Positions 10,266 to 19,448 of a stretch of 64,000 nucleotides of DNA are shown in pieces. Position 1 is the stretch's first letter. Each line of letters starts with the position of its first letter. The notes under the pieces are model-generated. The model was not told where the DNA came from and did not search any database. It saw only the letters and a list, made by a program, of their open reading frames with translations. Origin of the DNA: an uncultured bacterium (GTDB taxonomy: Bacteria; Chloroflexota; UBA5177; JANWHV01); assembly GCA_963827235.1 (NCBI GenBank), contig CAWHAE010000012.1, positions 672,001 through 736,000 on the forward strand, written 5' to 3'. The translations under genes were made by a program, and so were the position numbers.

Positions 10266-10662
10266 GCCGATGCCCCGGCCGGCCCGATTGGTCGCGCGGG
10301 ACTCAGCCGCTCTCAACATGTCGTCCTTTTCGGCTTCACAGATGGTAAGCGTGTACCGACATCAGGCAGCGCGAAACGCCTTTCCCCGTCGTTTGGCATT
10401 ATGCACGCGTGACACGTCTTGTCCCACCTACCACTATCGACGGGAAGAGCCAAATAGGTCATAGCATGATCAGGCCTCCCCAACTTGGCTTCCCCGAATG
10501 AGTGATGCGTGCGGCAGCGACGCACCATAGGATGGTTGTGCGAGTTCTCCGACGCCCCTTCTCGATCGCAGTGCACGGCGATCGCGGGATCGTAGCTGTC
10601 TGGGGAACTGCGCGCTAACTGTTATCGGAATCCAGTGTCAAGCTCGAGGGAAAGGAGACAGC

Positions 10663-10794
10663 GTGAAACTCTTGGTGACAGCCAGCTCCAATGTGCCTGG
10701 ACTTCGCAACCACCGCCTTCTGCGCGTCGTTCTGGCAGCGTGTTCGCTGGCGAGCATGGTCCTTGCGTCCGGCGCCGGCAGTCAGTGGTTCTAG
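10663..10794 (+). CDS. Small prepeptide 1 (43 aa: MKLLVTASSNVPGLRNHRLLRVVLAACSLASMVLASGAGSQWF)
   Basis: Translated by hand; absent from the ORF track. AAAGGAG RBS just upstream of GTG. Paralogue of the adjacent 43-aa ORF with identical register. Confidence 0.85.
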   Translation: MKLLVTASSNVPGLRNHRLLRVVLAACSLASMVLASGAGSQWF

Positions 10795-10823
10795 CACGAG
10801 CCTGATATCGAAAGGTTCGGCGG

Positions 10824-10955
10824 ATGAAACTGTTGCGTCAATTCAGTCGCATGGCTCGCAGCAAGGGGCAGTATGTGGCGATCCGTGCGTTTGCCACGGG
10901 CGGCTCCGTGATTAGCATGGTGCTGGCGTCGGGTGCCGCCAGCCACTGGCGCTAG
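10824..10955 (+). CDS. Small prepeptide 2 (43 aa: MKLLRQFSRMARSKGQYVAIRAFATGGSVISMVLASGAASHWR)
   Basis: Translated by hand. GAAAGG RBS. Shares MKLL and SMVLASGAxSxWx with prepeptide 1, with synonymous codon differences. Confidence 0.85.
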   Translation: MKLLRQFSRMARSKGQYVAIRAFATGGSVISMVLASGAASHWR

Positions 10956-10969
10956 CCAGGACTACGGTG

Positions 10970-11012
10970 GGGTCGCGCCCGCGGACTGCACACCAGACCG
11001 CGGGCGTGTCCC
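10970..11012 (+). other. GC-rich stem-loop between the prepeptide genes and the DUF5317 gene
   Basis: GCGCCCGCGG (10975-84) pairs with CCGCGGGCGT (10998-11007). No U-tract, so possibly an mRNA-stabilising or attenuating hairpin. Confidence 0.5.
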
Positions 11013-11099
11013 GAGGTTGGCGAGCCGGCTCTCACGTCTCGGGCGTCTTGCGCGACCGCGGAGGCGCGGCCGAAGAACCATTCCTTCCATGGAGGCCTT

Positions 11100-11666
11100 G
11101 TGCTATTGCTCGTTCCTGGGCTCCTCGCCTGTGTCATCGCGCTGCTGCGAGGTGGCTCTCTGGGTAACCTGGCCGTACTCCAGATTCGCGCCGGCTATCT
11201 CATCGTGTTGTCGTTCGTCATTCAGCTGGTGATCTACTATCCGGCGTTACGCCACTCAGCGTTGGTGCTGCACTGGGCAGCCCCAATCTACGTGGGAGCG
11301 CTGGCACTGGCAGTTATGGGTATGCTGCAGAACGGGCATCTCGGACTTCCAGTGCGCCTCGCCACATTGGGATTGCTGCTGAATATGACTGCCATCGCGA
11401 TCAACGGCGGCCACATGCCGGTCAACGCGGCGGCCATCGGCGCCGTTCAGGGCCAGTGGAAAGTGCACGAGCTACAGGATCCGGACACATACGGAAACAC
11501 CCGCCTTGCCAGTCCGGACAGTCGCTTGCTACCCTTGACGGATGTCATCCCGGTCCAGCTACCGGGCGGACCCGGCAACGTCTACAGCGTCGGTGACCTC
11601 TTGATTACGTCCGGTGTGGCCGTGCTGGTGTACCGCGCGACGAGCAAATCGGTGGTGACCTGCTGA
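11100..11666 (+). CDS. DUF5317-family membrane protein (putative signal-peptidase-II-like aspartic peptidase)
   Basis: LLRGGSLGNL, GLLLN..AIAINGGHMPV and LxxLTDVI..VYSVGDLLI motifs recognised as DUF5317. GGAGG RBS. 4-5 TM segments. Confidence 0.85.
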   Translation: MLLLVPGLLACVIALLRGGSLGNLAVLQIRAGYLIVLSFVIQLVIYYPALRHSALVLHWAAPIYVGALALAVMGMLQNGHLGLPVRLATLGLLLNMTAIAINGGHMPVNAAAIGAVQGQWKVHELQDPDTYGNTRLASPDSRLLPLTDVIPVQLPGGPGNVYSVGDLLITSGVAVLVYRATSKSVVTC

Positions 11667-12085
11667 CGGCTTGATTGCCCTTGGTTGCCGCACCACCCGC
11701 ACACCTTTATCCATGTTGACCGCTACCGTGCTGTCGCCGGCTGCGTATGGGGCGGACCCCTGCACCAGCCGTGCCCGATCCTTCTCCGCCCTATCACCTG
11801 GGCCCGCCGGCCGGACCCGTGCTTGCCCTCCCAGACGGTGTGCGCGATGACACGCAGCATGATCGCTCCACCGGCGTGGCACGAGGCGTCTTGTGCGATT
11901 ACCGCAACTGGTGCCGGTACAGCTACACTTGAGGAAGGAAGAGGCCAGTGTGCAGGTCGAGCAGCGCTGCTCGACGGGAAGCCGCCGCGGTCGCCAGGAT
12001 TCCTCCTCGATTCGTCGAGGTGCCGGGTCATGTGACGCGTCCTGTGAGCCGGGAAAGCGCGACTTGGCCGTATCCAGGAGCTGGA

Positions 12086-12544
12086 ATGATGGATGAGACG
12101 GTCAAGGGCACTGCCGTCGGGCCGACGTGGTTCGCCGTGGCAGTGCGCGCGTTGGCGATGTTGGCGGCGCACGAGGGAACGTGTCCGAGCGCGGCCATCG
12201 CCGGCACGGTGAACACGCATGCTGTCTTTCTGCGCCGCGTGTTGGCCCAGCTGGCACGCGCAGGCATTGTCGAGGCCAGGGAGGGCCGCGACGGAGGCTA
12301 TCGGTTGCTCCGCCCTGCGGGCGAGATCTCACTGGGCGACGTGTATGAGGCGGTTACGGCGGCGAGCACGCTATCGTGCGGACCGGTTCACCTCGACACC
12401 ACGTGCCCCGGCGATGCCGCCATGCACAACGCCCTGGCAGAGGTCGTGCGCGAGGCAGAGCAGCAGGTGATCGAGGTGCTGCGCCGGCGCTCCGTGGCGG
12501 ACGTCATGCATCGCGCGGCCGGCCTCTGCGTCGCGAGCAGCTGA
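12086..12544 (+). CDS. Rrf2 family transcriptional regulator
   Basis: S..IA..VNTHAVFLRRVLAQL..AGIVEAREGRDGGYRL.RP..EISLGDVY Rrf2 signature. AGGAG RBS before ATG 12086. Confidence 0.9.
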   Translation: MMDETVKGTAVGPTWFAVAVRALAMLAAHEGTCPSAAIAGTVNTHAVFLRRVLAQLARAGIVEAREGRDGGYRLLRPAGEISLGDVYEAVTAASTLSCGPVHLDTTCPGDAAMHNALAEVVREAEQQVIEVLRRRSVADVMHRAAGLCVASS

Positions 12545-12734
12545 CCTCGATCGAGCGATGGCTCGCCTCCCACGAGCTCGACATTTCCCGGACCCAACGC
12601 CGTGCGCGGAGCGCGAGCCAAAGCTGCGAAACGATCTGCCAGTCGCTCGTACCATGTCGAGATGCGGGTAAACACGAACGCTGAAGCGCGGGACATCAGG
12701 TGCGACCCGCGGGCACGCCCCTCTGGAACAGCGG

Positions 12735-12784
12735 TTTGGCAAAGTGCGGTTAAGTGCTATACTGATACTGGATTTGAACAGTTA
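12735..12784 (+). promoter_or_regulatory. Sigma70-type promoter of the nitroreductase with adjacent imperfect palindrome (candidate Rrf2 operator)
   Basis: TTGGCA -35, extended -10 TGcTATACT (12755-63), followed by ATACTG-GATTTGAA-CAGTTA. Confidence 0.55.
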
Positions 12785-12806
12785 CCCGCGACAGGAGAAT
12801 TCGACG

Positions 12807-13430
12807 ATGCAGGCAGTATCCGAGATGCCCGCCATAAATCCCACTGCACATCCCGTCCACCATCTGATCGCCAAGCGCTGGAGCCCTCGCGCATTTGGCA
12901 GCCAGGCGGTGGAGCCGGCCGTGTTGCGCAGCATTCTGGAGGCGGCTCGCTGGGCACCCTCTGCGGCGAACGCGCAGCCGTGGCATTTCATCGTGGCCAC
13001 GAAGGACGATCCCGAGGCGCATGCGCGCGTGCTGAACACGCTCATGGATGGCAACATACGCTGGGCTATCAACGCTCCCGTGCTGATGCTCGTGATCGCC
13101 GAGCAGTACAAGAATCGGGAAGGGGCGCTGACCAGCCGCTCGCTCTACGATACCGGTCTGGCGGTGGGAGCTCTCACACTTGAAGCAGGCTCTCGCGGTC
13201 TGCTCGTGCACCAGATGGGCGGCTTCTACGAGGACAGGGTGCGCGAAGCATTTTCTGTCCCCGAGGGCTACGAGCCCGCGGCGGCGATCGCTCTAGGCTA
13301 TCCCGGCGACCCGGACAGCCTGCCTGAAGACCTGCGCAGTCGCGAAAAAGCTCCTCGCACCCGCAAGGAGCTTTCCGAGTTCGTCTTCGGCGAGCAATGG
13401 GGCAGGCCTGCCGGCATCGTCCTTCCGTGA
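12807..13430 (+). CDS. Nitroreductase family protein
   Basis: KRWSPRAF, EAARWAPSAANAQPW and HQMGGF motifs. AGGAG RBS. Confidence 0.93.
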   Translation: MQAVSEMPAINPTAHPVHHLIAKRWSPRAFGSQAVEPAVLRSILEAARWAPSAANAQPWHFIVATKDDPEAHARVLNTLMDGNIRWAINAPVLMLVIAEQYKNREGALTSRSLYDTGLAVGALTLEAGSRGLLVHQMGGFYEDRVREAFSVPEGYEPAAAIALGYPGDPDSLPEDLRSREKAPRTRKELSEFVFGEQWGRPAGIVLP

Positions 13431-13472
13431 TTGGCAGATGACCTCCGGCTGAGTTCGGAAGGAACGGATGTT

Positions 13473-13523
13473 GGGCCTCCGGCCGAAATCGGGTCGAACC
13501 ATGACCCGGAAGGCCGGAGGCCC
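13473..13523. terminator. Hairpin between convergent genes (possible bidirectional terminator)
   Basis: GGGCCTCCGGCC ... GGCCGGAGGCCC 12-bp perfect outer stem plus an inner stem. Confidence 0.55.
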
Positions 13524-13539
13524 TCGCATCAGCCGAACG

Positions 13540-16500
13540 TCACTCGGTAGTGATCAGCAGTGTGCGTACCTGCCACGGACGGAAGTGCAGCAGCAAGTCA
13601 CCGCCGTCCGCGTCGAGCGTCGCCAGGCGATCCTCCACGATGTTCGTCTCCGTCACCTGCGCACCAGCCGGCATACCGCTCAGCCTCACCTTGGCGGCGC
13701 GCCCGCCGAACTCGTAGAGGCGTATGACGCGGCCGTCGCCGCGATGAGCCGGCTTGAGCGCGGCTATGGCTACCGATCCGCCGGAGAGCCGTGGTCGCCA
13801 GAGCGAGCCATTCGCCTGCCGGCGCGAATCCGCCGATCCCGAGGACACGAGGCGCGCCAGCAGTGGCTGGTTGAATCCGGCGGCTTCCTGGACCACACGG
13901 GCCTCGCGCCAGTCGCCGGCGTGCGGCATCATGCTATAGCGGATCACGTGCGTGCCCTGGTCCGCGACCGTGTCGGGCTCATAGGCGCCGCGCAGTAGCG
14001 TCATGCGGAGACGATTGCCCAGCACATCATACCCGTAACGGCTGTCGTTGAGCACTGCCAGGCCGTAGGCAGCGCCACCGACGTCGGCCCAGCGCAATGC
14101 GGGCACCTCTTGCCCGCCGGCGGGGCGGCGCAAGGCACCAAAGGGACTCTCGAACCAGGCCTGGCATTCCTCGAGCTGCGTCGTGAACGCTACCTTGAGG
14201 TCGGCGATGCCGGCCTCACTGCCGCCCAGCTCATGCCATTCGACGACTGTCTCCACGTCCACACGGTCCAGATCGCGATAGAACGCCAGTTGCTGGGTGA
14301 TCGTGGAGGAGCGCATCTGATGCCGGACCTCGACGACGAGTCGAACCGATCCGGACTCCACCACCCGGCTGACTGCGCCGCGCAACAAGCTGGTCTCTCG
14401 CTGCACCTCGTCGAGGTGCCAGGCCGACATCTCGTGCGGCAGCTCGTCGAGGATCTGCAAGACGTTCAGGGCCAGGTCGGTCCTGGCCGCCTCCGGGTAG
14501 TCGCTGTACCTGCGCATGCCGAATCCGACCAGCTCGCGCGCCGCGCGCTTGTCGTACAGTGACACGATGATGCCCGAATCACGCCTGAGGTAGATCAGGA
14601 AGGCAGGAGTCTCGATGCGGTAGTAGGACCCCTCGCCGGGGTCGACCGTCGACCCGGACTGCACTGCCGCCGCTGCCACGGCGGGCGACACGGACGGCGC
14701 CGCCTCGATCGCCGGCGGAAGAGACTGTGTCGCCGCCCTCTCGACCCTGTACGCTGCAGTCCCGAACGCTTCCACGCTCGCCACGAAACACAGACCCTGC
14801 GGCGTGAACTGCCCGGGCGTGAGCGTGCCCGATCCGTCGCGGAGCCAGGTGCTGCCTTCGCCGGTGACGCCCGCCACGATCACCACGTCCCGGCGATCCC
14901 AGCCGATCGGATTGGTCACCGCGATGGCGCCGACTGCCGCCGAGCCCTCGAGCAGCGGCAGCGCCTGCTCGATCAGCGACTGCGCGGCGCCGGTCGCTGC
15001 CCTGAAGTCTTCTTCACTGGATTCGTAGGACTCGTGGATGGCCGAGCCGTCCAGTATGTCGTGGAACTGGTTGAACAGCACTTTGCGCCAGGCATCGTGC
15101 ATGGTGCCGGGATGCTGCAGCCCCGCGATCGCGGCCAGCGAGTCCGCCGTACACAGCGCGTTTTCGCCCGCGCGGTTGAACCGCTTCATCTCGCCTTGCG
15201 TCGTGTAGCAGCCCTCGAAGACCGTGCTGGACTCGCCCCTGTGTACAGGCAGAGCGGCTCCGGAGTGCAGCAGCTCGCGCGCGTAGGTTGCAATCGTGCT
15301 GCATCGCGCCGACAGGAACGCGGGCTCTCGCTGGATACGGCGCAGCGACTCGAGTCCTATCCGGCTCGGACCGCCTCCGTGGTCGCCCACGCCATGGAAC
15401 AGCAGGGAGACGGGCTGCCCTTGGTCGATGCGCCGCGAGCGCGGCCAGCGCCAGCGCTCCCGCCGTGATCTCGCCGTTGTAGCTGGGCGTGGAGATTGCC
15501 AGCAGGCGCGATCCATCCTGCCCCTCCCACCAATAGGCCGGCCACATCATGTGTTCAGGGGATGAGTAGCCGGGGTTGCACCGGTGATGGTAGTACACGG
15601 TGGCGCCAGCGGAAGTCGCGAGCTGGGGCAGCGTGCCGGCATGGCCAAACGTGTCGGGGGCCAGGAAGACTGCCGGCTGCACGCCGAGCTGGTCCCGTGA
15701 GTAGCTCACTGCCTCCAGAAGCTGGCGGGCCGTCGCCTCGCCCGAGGCCATGTTCGTGTCGCCTTCCACCCAGGTCATGGTTGCCGCTTCCCAGCGGCCC
15801 TCGCGTATGCGGTCCACCACGCGGGCGAAAAGGTCGGGCGCTTCCGCCTGCAGAACCGCATAGGTGGCGGGCTGGCTATGGGTGAACGTCATCTCCGGAT
15901 AGTCGTTCATCATCGCCAGGATGCTCTTCATGTCGCGCATGATCACTTCGCGCGTATCGGCCCAGGTCCACATCCAGTTCATGTCGATGTGGGAGTGCCC
16001 GATCACGTGCACCGTGAGTCCGGCCAACCGGGCAGCCAGCGGAGCGATCGCCTTGGCTACTCGCGACAACGGCCCGTCCAGTGCGGCGGTGCTCAGCGTT
16101 TCGAGATCGGAAGGGATGAGTGCCACGGCCCTTCGGACCGCCGCGCGCTCTTCGTCGGTGGCCGCGAGGCGCGAGGCCAGCAGGAGGCGAGCCCAGGCCG
16201 TGTCCAGCAGGGTAAACCGCTCCCGCAGGCGCGGCGTGCTGAAAGCGAGCTGGTGCCAGGCATTTATCTGGTTGGCAGGCGGGCGGACGGTCATGCGCAG
16301 CTCGCCGTTCCGACCGGCGCGCAGCTCGTCGCACACCCGGACGAGGGCGGGGCCAAGCGCGGCCGGCGGCAGCTCGTCCTCGAGAAGGGAGACACCGTTC
16401 CAGTACAGCGAGGTAGGGTACAGGCTGAACAGGGTACAGTCCAGGCTGTCGCCGGCCAGATCCGTGGCGGCGATTTCGTCCGGCAACGTGAGGTCACAGT

Positions 16501-16687
16501 CGAGCGATACCGGCTGTCCGGGCTTTAGCTCGAGGCCCCGAAAAACGCCGTCCACCAGTTCGACATCACCCGCCTCGGGGCCGGACGCGATCGTCCAGCG
16601 CGTGCCGGGCCATTTTCGCGCCGCCGTCGCCGCGGCACGCAAACTCGCCAGTGCAAGCTCGGTTCCAGCAGTAGGTTCACCGGACAT
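13540..16687 (-). CDS. Alpha-mannosidase (GH38), split by an apparent frameshift near 15430
   Basis: HSHIDMNWMW and PDTFGH in the N-terminal ORF; GVGDHGGGP, FNQFHDILDGS and LNDSRYGY in the C-terminal ORF. The two frames join near 15425-15435. Confidence 0.88.
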
Positions 16688-16874
16688 ACGCTAACCATCT
16701 TCCTTGTCGTGCACGGATTCTCGCCGGCCGGCAACTCTGCAGCGGCCAGTCGTGTTCCGTGCTTCAAGAGTAGGCATCTTTCCTTCGGTAACGCAAATGG
16801 CGGCGTCGAGTGCTGCCGGGAAGTCGGCTGCCTATGCGATAATGGTGGGGAGAGAGATTCCGGGCCGGAGAGAG

Positions 16875-18194
16875 ATGGCAGAGTCCTACCACGTGCGCCG
16901 GCTGGCGAGACCGCTCGAGGCGACGGTCGGAGTGCCGGGGTCCAAGAGCCAGACAAACAGAGCCCTCTTGCTGGCTGCCCTGGCTTCCGGCAGCTCGACG
17001 CTGCACGGCGCGTTGTCTAGCGACGATTCTCGGTACTTCGTGGAGTCCCTGTGCAGGCTTGGCCTGCGCGTTGAAGCCGGCGAGGCCGCGAGCACGATAG
17101 AGATCGAGGGAGCAGGCGGATCCGTACCCGCGCACACCGCCGAGCTGTTCGTGGGAAACGCAGGTACGGCGGCCCGCTTTCTGACGGCGTTCCTCACGCT
17201 CGGCCATGGCGACTACGTGCTGGATGGGGTGCCCCGGATGCGGCAGCGTCCGATCGGCGATCTGCTCGAAGCGCTCAACGCGCTCGGTGCCGACGTGGAA
17301 TCGATCACCAGAAACGGCTGCCCGCCGGTACGCGTGCGCGGCGCCGGACTCGCGGGCGGCGAGGCACTGGTCGACGCGCGGCGAAGCGGGCAATTCCTCT
17401 CGGCACTGCTGATGGTGGCGCCGTATGCCCGTCGTGATACTACCCTGCGGCTGGAAGGGCTTCTGGCGTCGGCGTCCTACGTCGAGATGACCCTGGCCAT
17501 GATGAGTGCCTGGGGAGTCGACGTCGCGGTGGCGGGCGACCCATTCACGGCCTCGCCGGAGCGGCCGGCCGCTTACCGGGTGCCTGCCGGGGCCCGTTAT
17601 CAGCCCTGCCAGTGCGAGATTGCTCCCGATGCCTCGAGTGCATCATACTTCCTCGCCGCCGCCGCCGTTACCGGCGGGTACGTTCGAGTGCGAAACCTGG
17701 CGCTGGCCCACGATCAGGGAGATTACGCCTTGATTCGCGTCCTGGAGGGAATGGGGTGCCGGGTGACCGTGGTGGGTAACGACGTGGAGCTGACGGGCCC
17801 GCCGCAGCTGGACGGCATCGACGTCGACCTCAATACCATGTCGGACACGACCATGACTCTCGCCGCCATTGCGCCGTTTGCCCGCGGCCCGGTTTCGCTC
17901 CGCAACATCGGCCATATTCGAGATAAGGAAACGGATCGCATCTCAGCCACCGTGACCGAGCTGCGGCGCCTGGGCGCGCAGGTAGAGGAGTCATCCGACG
18001 GTCTGGTGGTGCATCCATCGGCTCTGCATGGCGCTGAGGTCCAAACCTATGACGACCATCGCATGGCCATGGCGTTTGCCATCACGGGCCTGCTCGTGCC
18101 CGACCTCTCGATCGCGGACCCCGGCTGCGTGGCCAAGACCTTCCCGGATTTCTTCGCCAGGCTCGAAGCGGCGTGTGCCGGCTCGTCCGTCTGA
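16875..18194 (+). CDS. aroA: 3-phosphoshikimate 1-carboxyvinyltransferase (EPSP synthase)
   Basis: PGSKSQTNRALL, GNAGTAARFL, RDKETDR and TYDDHRMAMAF motifs. Confidence 0.97.
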   Translation: MAESYHVRRLARPLEATVGVPGSKSQTNRALLLAALASGSSTLHGALSSDDSRYFVESLCRLGLRVEAGEAASTIEIEGAGGSVPAHTAELFVGNAGTAARFLTAFLTLGHGDYVLDGVPRMRQRPIGDLLEALNALGADVESITRNGCPPVRVRGAGLAGGEALVDARRSGQFLSALLMVAPYARRDTTLRLEGLLASASYVEMTLAMMSAWGVDVAVAGDPFTASPERPAAYRVPAGARYQPCQCEIAPDASSASYFLAAAAVTGGYVRVRNLALAHDQGDYALIRVLEGMGCRVTVVGNDVELTGPPQLDGIDVDLNTMSDTTMTLAAIAPFARGPVSLRNIGHIRDKETDRISATVTELRRLGAQVEESSDGLVVHPSALHGAEVQTYDDHRMAMAFAITGLLVPDLSIADPGCVAKTFPDFFARLEAACAGSSV

Positions 18195-18289
18195 GATTGG
18201 GCACGGCACCTGGCTGAGCGTGCACCACGCCGAAAGCGCGGTCTCGGCGGTACCGGCTCTATTGGTCTTGAGGAAGGAAAGAGGATGCC

Positions 18290-19315
18290 ATGAAGGTGTT
18301 GTTCATCGGTGGCACCGGCTTCATCAGCACCGCGGTGAGCCGCCGGGCGCTGAGCATGGGGATAGAGTTGCATCTGATGCATCGAGGAGCCGACCGGGGC
18401 GAGCTGCCGGGCTCGCAACACCTCACGGCCGACATTCACGATCCCTCGGCCGTCCGGACCGCTCTTGCCGGCCGCGAGTTCGACGTCGTGGTGGATTGGG
18501 TGGCCTTCCTGGAGAGCGACGTCGAGCGTGACATTGCCCTTTTCCAGGGCCGCACCGGGCAGTATATCTTCATCAGCTCGGCTTCGGCGTATCAGAAGCC
18601 TCCGGCCGGCTACCGCATTACCGAGTCCACGCCCTTGCACAACCCGTACTGGCAGTATTCCCGAGACAAGATCGCCTGCGAGCTTCGCCTGTTGCAGGCA
18701 TATCGCGAATGCGGGTTTCCCGTCACCATCGTGCGGCCCTCGCTCACCTACGACACCAACTTTCCCATCGCCGTGGGCGGCTGGGGCTGCTACACGCTGG
18801 TAGACCGCTTGCTCAAGGGCCAGCCGATCATCGTCCATGGCGACGGCTCGTCGCTGTGGGTCGTCACGCACGCCGAGGACTTCGCCCGCGGCTTCGCCGG
18901 CCTGCTCGGCAATCCTCAGACACGGGGTCACGCCTTTCACATCACGACGGACGAGGTCCTGACCTGGAATGAGATCTACGACACGATTGCCCGCGCGCTG
19001 GGAGTGGAGGCAACGATCGTCCACATACCCTCGGATTTCATTGCCGGCGTAGAACCGGAGCTGGGTGCGAGTCTGTTAGGAGACAAGACATGGAGCGTTG
19101 TCTTCGACAACAGCAAGATCAAGGCCTTCGTACCGGAGTTCCGCGCATGTATACCCTACCGAGAAGGGATACGCCGCACGCTGGCCTGGTTCGACGCGGG
19201 CGAAGGGCGCAAGCGCGTGGACGAGCGCGTCAACGCCCAGATGGACCGCATTCTTGCCGCTTACTCCGGCTCAGGCCGAGGCAGCGCTGCCGCGAGCTGC
19301 CGCTCGCCGGCGTGA
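18290..19315 (+). CDS. NAD-dependent epimerase/dehydratase (atypical SDR)
   Basis: GGTGFIS Rossmann motif, YIFISSAS, YSRDK. Confidence 0.9.
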   Translation: MKVLFIGGTGFISTAVSRRALSMGIELHLMHRGADRGELPGSQHLTADIHDPSAVRTALAGREFDVVVDWVAFLESDVERDIALFQGRTGQYIFISSASAYQKPPAGYRITESTPLHNPYWQYSRDKIACELRLLQAYRECGFPVTIVRPSLTYDTNFPIAVGGWGCYTLVDRLLKGQPIIVHGDGSSLWVVTHAEDFARGFAGLLGNPQTRGHAFHITTDEVLTWNEIYDTIARALGVEATIVHIPSDFIAGVEPELGASLLGDKTWSVVFDNSKIKAFVPEFRACIPYREGIRRTLAWFDAGEGRKRVDERVNAQMDRILAAYSGSGRGSAAASCRSPA

Positions 19316-19448
19316 CCTTGGGTGCCGGATCACTCGCCTGCGCCCGTGCGATCGATTGACGCCATGGAGTTCCGAACGATGACACAGCGCTGCCGAACAG
19401 ACATGGAGGTCAGTCTCGACGTGCCACCGCTCCCGGTGCCGCGCCGGT

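Noticed and set aside
10320-10660. Possible c-di-GMP riboswitch or a third prepeptide between the GGDEF gene and the peptides
   Set aside because: No riboswitch consensus and no further LASGA-x-W ORF found by eye.
11948-12085. N-terminal extension of Rrf2 or a uORF after the purine-rich tract at 11931-11944
   Set aside because: The Rrf2 domain begins at 12086 with its own RBS; the extension has no recognisable features.
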